A DNA stretch of 64,000 bases. It comes from Patescibacteria group bacterium (GTDB taxonomy: Bacteria > Patescibacteriota > CPR2 > UBA1875 > CAIMLA01). The position numbers and the translations under genes were made by a program. Under the pieces are notes generated by a model. That model did not search any database. It saw only the letters and a list, made by a program, of their open reading frames with translations, and was not told where the DNA came from. Below, one piece after another: positions 29,723 through 38,506 of the stretch. Every line of letters begins with the position of its first letter. Position 1 is the stretch's first letter. The stretch lies in NCBI GenBank assembly GCA_041738615.1, contig JBGSPL010000004.1, forward strand, positions 1,203 through 65,202. The letters are read 5' to 3'.

Positions 29723-29761
29723 GGCTCTGATGGAGAAGGACTCCATCGGAGCCCTTCTTCT
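29722..29761 (+). terminator. Conserved two-tier hairpin + T-run downstream of the kinase (copy 2)
   Basis: GGGCUCU-GAUGGAG-AAGG-ACUCCAUC-GGAGCCC-UUCUUCU differs from copy 1 only by compensatory changes in the inner stem. Confidence 0.6.
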
Positions 29762-29840
29762 AGTTAAACTGATGCAGAAAGGGCGGATTTACGCTATAAT
29801 ACCGTCCAGTGACTGCACAGTTGCAGAAATAAAGGATAAT

Positions 29841-31430
29841 ATGATCAGCGTAAAGAATCTGACCTACACGGTCAGTACTAGAAATATACTAGACGATATC
29901 ACTCTCACGATTGCCGATGGCGACAGGGTGGCTATTGTCGGTCCCAATGGTGCCGGCAAGAGCACCTTCCTCAAGGTAGTGCTGGGCAAGCTAGAGCCTA
30001 GTGAGGGCAAGATATTTGTCTCCGGAGGCACTGGAGAGGTGGGCTATATGCCGCAGCACCTTGCAGATCTCGGCGAACTGCCAGAGATTAGCGTACTTAA
30101 CTTTATGCTCTCTGGACGCAAGCTAGATACGCTGATGGTTACGATTGAAGCGAAGCTCGCAGAAATGAATCAGCCAGGACTCCCCGAGGACGAGTCAATG
30201 CGACTCGCACACGAATACTCTGAGGCCTTCGAGCAGTTTATGGCCGGTGGAGGTTATGATGCCGAGGGAGAGTTACTCGAAGTGCTCTTGGGTATGGGGC
30301 TCTCTGGGCTGGATCTCGATCAGGACATCAATACTCTCAGCGGGGGTCAGAAGACGAAGCTTGCCTTTGCTCGAGTCCTTTTTGCTCGTTCGCGGGTGAT
30401 GATACTCGACGAGCCGACTAACCACCTCGACGAGAAGACTATCGATTTCGTTGTCGATTACCTACTGAATTTCGACGGAACGCTCATCATGGTCTCACAT
30501 GTCCCAAGCATTCTTGATCAGTTGGTAACGAAGATTATCTCTCTTGACGGTCGGGGAGGCGCGGTGATCTACAGAGGGAACTTCACCGAATTTCAAAAGA
30601 AAAAGAGCCAGCGTGATACTGATATGGCCAAGCTGCGTCATGAGCAGGAGAAAGAAGAAGAGAAACTGATCGCATTTATCGATCGTTGGCGGAGTCAAAA
30701 GCCCAAGCAGGTCCATGACAGGGAGCGTAAGCTCGAGAAGCTACGCAGTGATATGGTGGACGCCCCAATCGTTCAAGCTCAGATATCGGTGAAGTTTCCT
30801 ATTACGGTCGAGCCAGTACAGAAGGTTCTTACGGCTCGTGGTATCGCGAAGTCATACGGCAATAAGCGTGTTCTTCATGATGTGGTTCTGGATTTTCAGC
30901 GAGGGGAACGCGTGGCTATCATGGGACCGAATGGTGCTGGCAAAAGTACACTTATGAAAATAATCGCTGGGCGGCTCCCGCAAGACGAAGGAACAGTAGA
31001 TTTCGGTGATCGAGTAGATCTGGGGTATTACGCACAAGAGCACGAATCATTGACCCTTACGAGTACCGTTCTGGATGAAATGCTCGGCGTGCCGCAGATG
31101 ACTCAGGCCCGAGGACGTTCTATCTTGGCGCATTTTCTTTTCCAGGGCGACAGGGTTGCTACCAAAGTCGGGTCCCTTAGTCTCGGCGAACGCAGTAGGC
31201 TGGCTATGGCCAAGCTCGTTGCCTCCGGGCACAACTTGTTGTTGCTCGACGAGCCGACAAACCACTTAGATGTCTTCGCGCGAGATCAAGTAAAGACGGC
31301 CCTCGCAAATTATGAGGGAACTGTGCTTATTATCTCTCATGACCGCGATTTTGTAGAAGGAATAGGGGTAGATAAGATTCTATTACTCCCAGAGAACAAA
31401 TTTGGTTTTGTCGGTCAGGTAGGCGAGTAG
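29841..31430 (+). CDS. ABC-F family ATPase (two ABC domains, no TMD; EttA/Uup-like)
   Basis: Two Walker A motifs (GPNGAGKST x2) and two LSGGQ-type signatures sit around a charged linker. The start is trimmed to MISVKNL, which has an AAAGGA SD. Confidence 0.85.
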   Translation: MISVKNLTYTVSTRNILDDITLTIADGDRVAIVGPNGAGKSTFLKVVLGKLEPSEGKIFVSGGTGEVGYMPQHLADLGELPEISVLNFMLSGRKLDTLMVTIEAKLAEMNQPGLPEDESMRLAHEYSEAFEQFMAGGGYDAEGELLEVLLGMGLSGLDLDQDINTLSGGQKTKLAFARVLFARSRVMILDEPTNHLDEKTIDFVVDYLLNFDGTLIMVSHVPSILDQLVTKIISLDGRGGAVIYRGNFTEFQKKKSQRDTDMAKLRHEQEKEEEKLIAFIDRWRSQKPKQVHDRERKLEKLRSDMVDAPIVQAQISVKFPITVEPVQKVLTARGIAKSYGNKRVLHDVVLDFQRGERVAIMGPNGAGKSTLMKIIAGRLPQDEGTVDFGDRVDLGYYAQEHESLTLTSTVLDEMLGVPQMTQARGRSILAHFLFQGDRVATKVGSLSLGERSRLAMAKLVASGHNLLLLDEPTNHLDVFARDQVKTALANYEGTVLIISHDRDFVEGIGVDKILLLPENKFGFVGQVGE

Positions 31431-31434
31431 CCGG

Positions 31435-32193
31435 CTATTGTTTATTGCCTGCTAGTAATCTTGTGACCATGAGTAATAGAATGAGTACTCCACCCTCGAA
31501 TAGCATAAGTAGCGTAATTCCCTGAAAAATGGGGGCGAAAATGTCGATAAAGAACTGTAAACTATTGCCGATTCCTTTCCAGATGAAAGAATCATTTGTG
31601 TAGTAGAAGATTCCACCGACAAGGACGCCCAGAAATACAAGAAGCGGCATAGAGCTGAGGTCTGCCTCTGAGGGATCACCCGCTAGGGCACAGGATACAG
31701 CTATGTAGTAAAATAGGTAATTTTGCCAGTGAGTAGGGTTCAAGAGAATCCACTCCAAGCTTTGTAGAAAGGTTTCTGGAGTCAGTTGTGTCAGGATGGT
31801 GACATTGGGGAGCGCCCACACATAAGCAAGATATGTAGCCAGCCCGCAGCCCAGAATTGGAGCGATACCGATAATCATTGTTCGTATCGGCCCTACCTTT
31901 CTGTGTTCTACATATCCGAGTCGATAGCCGCCACCCTCAACTTTCTTCGGCGAGAAAAGAGATAACTTAGAGATCGGCACCCAAAGCAAGAGGCAGAACA
32001 GGGCGTGACTGAGCTCATGGATTACGGTTCCGATAAAGAATAGATAGTGTACGACTATCGACGAGCGAAACCAACGGCTGCTTATCCGTGAGAGGTTATC
32101 ACCGATTAGTTTGTAGAAGAAGTTGAGAATAACTAGCAAGGAGATAAAGGCTAGAAACCACATGGTACAATCGGGTAGAGTGATCGGCATCAT
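31435..32193 (-). CDS. Polytopic membrane protein with intramembrane HExxH (putative zincin-like metalloprotease)
   Basis: A HELSH motif lies inside a TM helix; the protein is 252 aa. Confidence 0.35.
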   Translation of the reverse strand: MMPITLPDCTMWFLAFISLLVILNFFYKLIGDNLSRISSRWFRSSIVVHYLFFIGTVIHELSHALFCLLLWVPISKLSLFSPKKVEGGGYRLGYVEHRKVGPIRTMIIGIAPILGCGLATYLAYVWALPNVTILTQLTPETFLQSLEWILLNPTHWQNYLFYYIAVSCALAGDPSEADLSSMPLLVFLGVLVGGIFYYTNDSFIWKGIGNSLQFFIDIFAPIFQGITLLMLFEGGVLILLLMVTRLLAGNKQ

Positions 32194-32549
32194 TAGCGAC
32201 CTTGCTCACGAGAATGGACTCGATTTTCGATAATTGTTTTTAGTAGGGGTTTTGTTAGTGGCTTATCTGGAGTGAAGTGAATGGTGGTTCCGGAAATTAT
32301 AAAATTTGCGAGTTCAGGTATTTCTGTCGCAATATTTTTGTCCTGTGAGACCAGGCTATAGTGGTTCTTGAAAGCGGCTATTGAAAACAACGCCTTGCCT
32401 TTGTATTTGTAGACTGGGATATTGTAGGCAAAAACTTCTTCTCCTTGGGGGAAGAGTGTGTGTACCCATTCTCGAATCTCAGTCAAAATTGGTCGGAATG
32501 TATCTGGAATTTCTTGGAAGTATTTATCAACTTCTTTATCTATATTCAT
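32193..32549 (-). CDS. DUF1801-like (YdhG/YdeI-like) small protein
   Basis: A 118 aa protein with a conserved FAYNIPVYKYKGKALFSIAAFKNHYSL pattern. Confidence 0.35.
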   Translation of the reverse strand: MNIDKEVDKYFQEIPDTFRPILTEIREWVHTLFPQGEEVFAYNIPVYKYKGKALFSIAAFKNHYSLVSQDKNIATEIPELANFIISGTTIHFTPDKPLTKPLLKTIIENRVHSREQGR

Positions 32550-32639
32550 ATTTATAGTTTAACACAAGAAGCCGCCGCTCCTGTCCTCTGGGGGTAAACA
32601 CAGAGGGTGTACCCGCTAAGTATCAAATGCTATTATTTA

Positions 32640-33668
32640 TTATAGATATAGGTGGACGCTTTCTTTTTTGGTCTGAGCTAAATTACCATCTAGGACGACC
32701 TCGGTCATTTGTAGGTGGTTGCTCTTAGCAATTTTGTGACTATCAGCTGTGTCTGGTATCAACTCACCCAAAGCCTCTAGATGCAACTTATTTATGACAC
32801 CAAGTCTAGAATGCCTCGTTTTGTCGTCGGCACTGATTAGTATTACCTTTCCACCCAGATACTTATAGAGTCCTTTTCCGGGCGTTAGGCCGTAACCAAC
32901 CTCGACGAAGACGTTCGTGGTTCCCTTGGTCTTTGCAAGTTCTTCAGAGAGAAGCCTTAGCCACGGTTCGGCGATTACGTTAGTAATATCATTTGGTCTC
33001 TCGACTGCCATTTTGGTTAGATCTTGGTCCTTAAAGTGGGTTTTCAGCAGTTGTTTTAGCTCGCGGGATAGAGTGTCAGTTTCAATCCAAGAGTTTTTGG
33101 GGTCTTTATTGCAAAGTTCTCTTAGAAATGTAGATTTACCACTGCCGGGCTTACCCACAACAAGGAATAGATTGTTGATATCTAGAATCTTCTCGAGCAG
33201 CGCCGTCACGACCATTGGGCTTGCCATTTGCGAGAGGGCGATGAGGTCAAGCTTCTCAGCGGCTGCGCGAGTCCTGCTGGCGGAAATGGTTTCCATACCT
33301 TCGTTGGCTAGTAAGTACTGATAGTCTCGGATTCGGTAGTCGGCATAGTTTTGTTCCATTACAGCTTTTTCGTGCTTAAAATCGGCCTCGGAGCGCATAC
33401 CACGAACCATTATTAGCTCTTCGCCTTTGATTCCACCGGCGCTAAACTCGTCAAAAGTGAGAACTCGAACATCTTTTGGAAGGTCGTAACTCAACCAGAG
33501 TTTTTTGCATTCCTCCGGGGTAAATAAGTAGTCTTTACTGCCATCGCGGGAGCAGATGATGGTTGTAGAGCCGAGGATTTTACATGCTCGTTTTACGATC
33601 TCCAAATGCCCATATGTCGGCGGGCAAAAGGAACCCGGAAAAACTGCTTTAGGTTTAGCATTAACCAT
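32640..33668 (-). CDS. Fusion protein: CoaD-like cytidylyltransferase-fold domain + C-terminal P-loop kinase domain
   Basis: The N-terminal AVFPGSFCPPTYGHLEIVKRA parallels the CoaD HxGH motif. The C-terminus has VVGKPGSGKSTFLREL as Walker A. Confidence 0.55.
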   Translation of the reverse strand: MVNAKPKAVFPGSFCPPTYGHLEIVKRACKILGSTTIICSRDGSKDYLFTPEECKKLWLSYDLPKDVRVLTFDEFSAGGIKGEELIMVRGMRSEADFKHEKAVMEQNYADYRIRDYQYLLANEGMETISASRTRAAAEKLDLIALSQMASPMVVTALLEKILDINNLFLVVGKPGSGKSTFLRELCNKDPKNSWIETDTLSRELKQLLKTHFKDQDLTKMAVERPNDITNVIAEPWLRLLSEELAKTKGTTNVFVEVGYGLTPGKGLYKYLGGKVILISADDKTRHSRLGVINKLHLEALGELIPDTADSHKIAKSNHLQMTEVVLDGNLAQTKKESVHLYL

Positions 33669-34475
33669 TTATTTTGGTAACAGGGATTTCATCTGCTTTG
33701 CTATGAGGTTTGTCGCAAATACGGGGTTTAGGCGATAGAGGACGTTCATCATATTGGAGTCACGCCCGGTAAAGATTTGTAGTCGATTCTTTTCCATACC
33801 AGTAATAATAATTTTGGCTGCTTCACTCGCTGCAAGCACTGGAAAGTTTTGTGCCTTGTCATCAGCCCCAGCTGGTACTTTCATTCCAGAATTCTCGGCA
33901 ATATTTGTTGCTGTAGCTCCTGGAAAAACAACTGATACATTTATATTTGTATCCTTGAGTTCGGCATACAGGCGCTCAGTCATGAGCTTCACAGCTGCTT
34001 TGGAGGCGCCGTAGATAGCCTGTCCAGGAACAGGAAGAAAGCCACCCATGCTGGAAACGTTGACGATGTAAGCCTCAGGACGCTTTAGTAGCTCAGGCAG
34101 AAATGACTTGACCATAAAAAGTGTTCCGTAGAAATTTACATTCATTACGCGCTCAACAGCGTCGTATGTAAGGTCGTTGATGCGAACAAAAGGCTGGATA
34201 ATACCAGCAACGTTCATGATCCCGTCTACTGCGCCATGGGCGGCGATAACACTCTTTGGTAGAGCCTCTACAGTAGCTTTATCAGAGATGTTGGCAACGT
34301 GGGTTGATAAGTTGTTCGCTTTTTCGCCAACAGCTACCTTTAGCTCAGCAAGTGCCTGTTCGTGCATATCGACGGCGGCAATTTTTGCTCCCTTGACGAG
34401 TAATGCGAGTACGGTTTCTTTACCGATTCCGCTACCTGCACCAGTAACTACTATGACTTTGTTCTCTAATCTCAT
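33669..34475 (-). CDS. Short-chain dehydrogenase/reductase (SDR)
   Basis: VIVVTGAGSGIGK is the cofactor motif and YGASKAAV the catalytic YxxxK. The start is set at MRLENK, which has an AGGAGA SD. Confidence 0.8.
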   Translation of the reverse strand: MRLENKVIVVTGAGSGIGKETVLALLVKGAKIAAVDMHEQALAELKVAVGEKANNLSTHVANISDKATVEALPKSVIAAHGAVDGIMNVAGIIQPFVRINDLTYDAVERVMNVNFYGTLFMVKSFLPELLKRPEAYIVNVSSMGGFLPVPGQAIYGASKAAVKLMTERLYAELKDTNINVSVVFPGATATNIAENSGMKVPAGADDKAQNFPVLAASEAAKIIITGMEKNRLQIFTGRDSNMMNVLYRLNPVFATNLIAKQMKSLLPK

Positions 34476-34540
34476 AAATTCTCCTTTTCCTAATTTTAGC
34501 ACGAAGTATGTTGGTAAGTCAGGAAAAAGCCAAAGAGCAA

Positions 34541-35044
34541 TTACATTTTGCGGCTATCGTATGCCCAGTGGAGAATGGCCTGTCGTTGTCGTTTGCGACA
34601 CGAGAGTTCGCCGGGGTGACAATTCATCTGAAGTTGTGTGATGTGACGTTTCATAGCAAGCCAGCGTCGAATCTGTCGGTCGTCTTCTCCTGGGATTCTG
34701 CGGCCTAGATAATACCGACAGTACCATTGAAACCAGCCTCGTGGATCCTCGGGGAATATCCAACCCTTCGCGCGCCATACAGATAGTGGCTGACTTGCGT
34801 TTACGCCGAAGCAGTTGAGTTTTGGATCATGAAACTCATGGCGGAGTTTGGCTCCCGCAAACCAGTCAGCTGGGAACTCGTCCCGGCAGTCAGTCATGTA
34901 TTTACCACCGAAGACACCTAGACTTAACATATCTTTTGGACTTAGCTCTGGTTTAAATCTGGGATCAAAATTTCTGCCAACAGGCTCACTAAGAAAGTAT
35001 GAATAGTTCCTTTGCATTAGGTCATTTACGATTATCGGATTCAT
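34541..35044 (-). CDS. Conserved hypothetical protein (Trp/Arg-rich; GWFQWYCRYYLGRR motif)
   Basis: A 167 aa ORF with no recognisable catalytic motif. Confidence 0.35.
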   Translation of the reverse strand: MNPIIVNDLMQRNYSYFLSEPVGRNFDPRFKPELSPKDMLSLGVFGGKYMTDCRDEFPADWFAGAKLRHEFHDPKLNCFGVNASQPLSVWRAKGWIFPEDPRGWFQWYCRYYLGRRIPGEDDRQIRRWLAMKRHITQLQMNCHPGELSCRKRQRQAILHWAYDSRKM

Positions 35045-35047
35045 AGC

Positions 35048-35866
35048 TTACTTTTTGTTAGGCCAAGGAATAAGAACACTGGTTTTGTTTTTGTACGTAT
35101 TCCATAGTGGGCTATTCTCGAATAGTTTCTCTGTCATTGGTATACCTGAGACGAAAACGATCAGATAGGTAATTGTCAGCGGTGTTACGATAGCCCAGAT
35201 AGAGCCGGTATTTATGAGTACAAAGAAGAAGATACCCCACCACATGATGACTTCCCCAAAATAGTTTGGATGTCTCGAGTATTTCCAGAGACCTTTGTCC
35301 ATAATATGACCTTTGTTTTCTGGGTTTGCGACGAAATCTCTGAGCTGTCTGTCGGCAGTTACTTCAAATATGAATCCCGCCATCCAGATAGTCAGACCAA
35401 TGACTGAAAAAGAATTCCACCATGCACCGTCAGAGACTAGAACCATGGAGGCTACTCCCAGTAAATACATCAAGAGTCCTTGGAGCAAAAAGACTATTAC
35501 GTATGCCTGTAGTTTGGGATATTTTTTCCATCCGGCTTTCATTTTGACATATCTGGCGTCATCATCGACACTTTTTGCATGTCTTTTGTGCAAATGATCA
35601 AAGAGGCGATATCCCCAAACAAGGGTCAGTAAGAACAACAAAATAGAGTTCGTAGTGTAGTTCCTTGCCAACACCATTGCTACGAGGGCTATAAAGGGCT
35701 GCGCTAAACCCCAGGCCTCATCTGCGACGTCTAGTCGGCCTACTCTCTGCCCATATAGATACCAAAGGCTAGTATAGGCTAGGACTGCCGTCCCAATAAG
35801 TGCATAGTAGGAGAGCATGGTGCTATAGAATCTTTTTACCGATAAAGTACGAAGCTGTTGCAACAA
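35048..35866 (-). CDS. DUF1295 / ICMT-like membrane protein (steroid-5-alpha-reductase/isoprenylcysteine methyltransferase fold)
   Basis: It carries the RHPNYFGEVIMWWG signature and multiple TM helices. Confidence 0.6.
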   Translation of the reverse strand: MLQQLRTLSVKRFYSTMLSYYALIGTAVLAYTSLWYLYGQRVGRLDVADEAWGLAQPFIALVAMVLARNYTTNSILLFLLTLVWGYRLFDHLHKRHAKSVDDDARYVKMKAGWKKYPKLQAYVIVFLLQGLLMYLLGVASMVLVSDGAWWNSFSVIGLTIWMAGFIFEVTADRQLRDFVANPENKGHIMDKGLWKYSRHPNYFGEVIMWWGIFFFVLINTGSIWAIVTPLTITYLIVFVSGIPMTEKLFENSPLWNTYKNKTSVLIPWPNKK

Positions 35867-36224
35867 GGCCAGTCAGTGTGGTGCCCCAGGCCATATCAAC
35901 CAAAGTAACGGATAGAGGCCAGGCCTTCATGACAGCATAGTTTGTCAGGTCATAGGTAGCATAACAGAAGAAACCAAAGAGGGCCCCGTAAAGCAGGGCT
36001 TGCGTCCATCCTTTGTCTAGGTTCGGCAGAACTGCGAATATCAGTATCCCTACTATATAGATGAGATAAAAGATGATCGCCGCCGCCCAGTTTGGCTGTG
36101 AACTAAGCCCTGGGATAGTCTTGAAGTAGAAGTCCTTTGCGATCACTCCGATCCAGAGCATATCTATCGCAAAGAATACTGGAACTGTGAACGTATATAG
36201 TAGTAATTCTTTCATGGTTGCCAC
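35823..36224 (-). CDS. Small polytopic membrane protein (DUF2177-like)
   Basis: A 133 aa protein with four TM helices that overlaps the downstream DUF1295 gene. Confidence 0.35.
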   Translation of the reverse strand: MATMKELLLYTFTVPVFFAIDMLWIGVIAKDFYFKTIPGLSSQPNWAAAIIFYLIYIVGILIFAVLPNLDKGWTQALLYGALFGFFCYATYDLTNYAVMKAWPLSVTLVDMAWGTTLTGLVATASYFIGKKIL

Positions 36225-36519
36225 CTTTCTTTAATAATTATGATTTATTGATTAGTTGAAAAAGTCCGTCCGTTTTCTGTATCTGGTCCGGGTACTTCTC
36301 AGTAAGCTTCCAGACAGTTCCGTTGATAGTTTTGGGATGAAATGTCGGATTTGCGGTTTCAATCATTCTGTTTAGGTTAGACCAGCTTATTCCCTCTGGG
36401 TGTTGTTTCAGAAGTTCGAATATTTGTGCGGTTATCTGACCTGTGATCGTAGTCGGTTTCATGCGTATATTATACTCCAAACCAAAAAGAAACACCCGTG
36501 TGGGTGTTTCTTTTTGGTT

Positions 36520-36702
36520 CTAGAATACTTGAGCAAGTATCCAGGCGGCTATAGCGAGTGCTATAAAGAACAGACCTAGCCCTACTGGTGAGCCCCAGCT
36601 GAACCAGGAACCCCAGGCGCGCCAATGTTTCATCGAAGATTCATCGGCATCCTTCCAGGCCTTGTACTCCGCAAGCTGTTCTTCCAGAGGTTTTTTAGCC
36701 AT
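36520..36702 (-). CDS. Small Trp-rich single-TM protein
   Basis: A 60 aa ORF with a C-terminal TM helix. Its coding status is uncertain. Confidence 0.25.
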   Translation of the reverse strand: MAKKPLEEQLAEYKAWKDADESSMKHWRAWGSWFSWGSPVGLGLFFIALAIAAWILAQVF

Positions 36703-37218
36703 AGTAGACTCCTTATTAAGTTAATAATGAGCCTCTATATATGTTTGCCAGTAGCAATTTGTTCTCGAGGCGAAGATTGCCGTAGGTCTGGTCTTAATAA
36801 CAAGGTAATTATAGCACAAAATTTCGCATAATAATGGCCTCAAGCTACGACCGCTCAAGCAAAGGTTTGCTTATGGGTATATAATATATATAGGTATAGA
36901 GAACTTAAGTTAAAGAAAGGAGACCCAATGAGCCTTGAAGGCATATTTTTCATGTCTCTTAGTATGCAGGCAATCATCGTCTCGGTATTCTTTCTGATGT
37001 TGACGTATTTCTTAGTGAGATCAATGCGTGAGATACGGGCGATAAACAAGAAGGTCCTAGAAGCGGCCGAGGAAAGTGCAGAGCTCGCCGGTAAGGCAAA
37101 GGAGTTTATCGGCAAGATCGGCAAGTCAGTAGTCGACTATTTTGTCATTAAGTTACTAGATAGCGTGAAAAGAAAAAATAAATAAATAATGCCCGATTTT
37201 TCGGGGAAAGGAACTATC

Positions 37219-37569
37219 ATGGAAGCAAAAGATTTCGCCAAAGGCGCTATAGTAGGTGCTATTGCAGGGGTACTGGGGGGTGTGTTACTCGCACCAAAAT
37301 CAGGTGAGGAAACGAGAGATGACATCACTAGTAAGTTCAACGAAATTAAAGATATAGTGATTGAAAAAATGGAAGACGTTAGCGATTTTTCGAAGGACGT
37401 CTATGACCGAATCGTCGGTGAGACGCTAGCTAGCTTTGAAGCTGCAAAGAAGATCGCCCCCGAAGACGCCAAGAAGATTTCAGAAATCTTCGAAAAGAGT
37501 TTTGCAGATATAGAGAAGATTCTCGAGAAAGACGCAAAAAAGGTTGCGGAACCCCTGAAGAAAAAGTAG
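37219..37569 (+). CDS. YtxH-like (DUF948) protein
   Basis: GAIVGAIAGVLGGVLLAPKSGEETRDD is the YtxH signature. The start is set at MEAKD, which has an AAAGGAAC SD. Confidence 0.6.
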   Translation: MEAKDFAKGAIVGAIAGVLGGVLLAPKSGEETRDDITSKFNEIKDIVIEKMEDVSDFSKDVYDRIVGETLASFEAAKKIAPEDAKKISEIFEKSFADIEKILEKDAKKVAEPLKKK

Positions 37570-37596
37570 GTCAGTATATACGAGCTGCAAACAAAG

Positions 37597-37621
37597 AAAA
37601 GTGCCAGGAATGGCACTTTTT
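37597..37621 (+). terminator. Rho-independent terminator after the YtxH-like gene
   Basis: AAAGTGCCA-GGAA-TGGCACTTTTT is a stem-loop with a U-run. Confidence 0.7.
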
Positions 37622-37706
37622 GATTAGGGGCGTATATTAGAGCCTAGGATTAACTTTAGCGAAGTTACATGTTCCATTTGGCGAAGCGGTATACGCCAAG
37701 GCTAAC

Positions 37707-38405
37707 TTAATTAGGCGAGGATAGAATATTTCTTACCGTAGCATGGCCGAGTACGTCCATGGTATCGAAAATTTCTACCTTATCACTCTTTGGTAATAGA
37801 AGCTGTAAGTCTGTGCAGGCAAGAGCCACGCCATCTACGCCTTTATTTACTAGGTCATCGACCACGGTGAGCACGAGTTCCCGATCACTGTTTAGATGCT
37901 GACCCTCAACTAGTCGCAGAATGATCTTGTCCATCTTGGCCTTTTGCAGGTCGTCTGGAGTAACGAAGCTAATGTTACTTTCAGCCAGCTTGTCCTCGTA
38001 GATGTGGTTAGCAATGGTAGCGGAGGTCGATATCAGTCCGACATTGACCATGTTGTTTTCTTTTAGGTAGCTGATAGTTTCCTCAATGATACTTAGCACA
38101 GGAATCTTTACCGCCGCGCGAATCTCGGAGATAAAGACATGTAGGGAATTACAGGGCATCACTATGAAGTCGACACCGCTCTTCTCAAGTCTCTGCGCTT
38201 CTGCTATCAGAAAAGGGATATACCTTTCCTTACCCGTATTGGACTCTATCAGGTCGCGCTCTATCTCAAAAGGCAGCGGTATACTTGCTATCACTACAGA
38301 AGGTCGCTGAATCTTATTCTGTTTCTGGCACTCGAAGATAACTCTCAGGTAAAACTCTGAGGTTGTCTCCGGGCCGACTCCACCAATAATTCCGACTGAT
38401 TTCAT
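37707..38405 (-). CDS. Asp/Glu/hydantoin racemase family protein (aspartate racemase-like)
   Basis: It has MKSVGIIGGVGPETTSEFY and two conserved Cys regions. The start is trimmed to MKSVG. Confidence 0.75.
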   Translation of the reverse strand: MKSVGIIGGVGPETTSEFYLRVIFECQKQNKIQRPSVVIASIPLPFEIERDLIESNTGKERYIPFLIAEAQRLEKSGVDFIVMPCNSLHVFISEIRAAVKIPVLSIIEETISYLKENNMVNVGLISTSATIANHIYEDKLAESNISFVTPDDLQKAKMDKIILRLVEGQHLNSDRELVLTVVDDLVNKGVDGVALACTDLQLLLPKSDKVEIFDTMDVLGHATVRNILSSPN

Positions 38406-38506
38406 AATGTTAGTATAACAAAACAGCGTCATTTCTGACACTGTTTCCTATCGGAACTCTTTTAGTTCCATATTGTTCTATTTGGCGAAGCGGGAATCGC
38501 TTGAAA

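Noticed and set aside
29706-29840. Upstream extension of the ABC-F ORF
   Set aside because: The extension covers the conserved post-kinase hairpin. An AAAGGA SD precedes the MISVKNL ATG.
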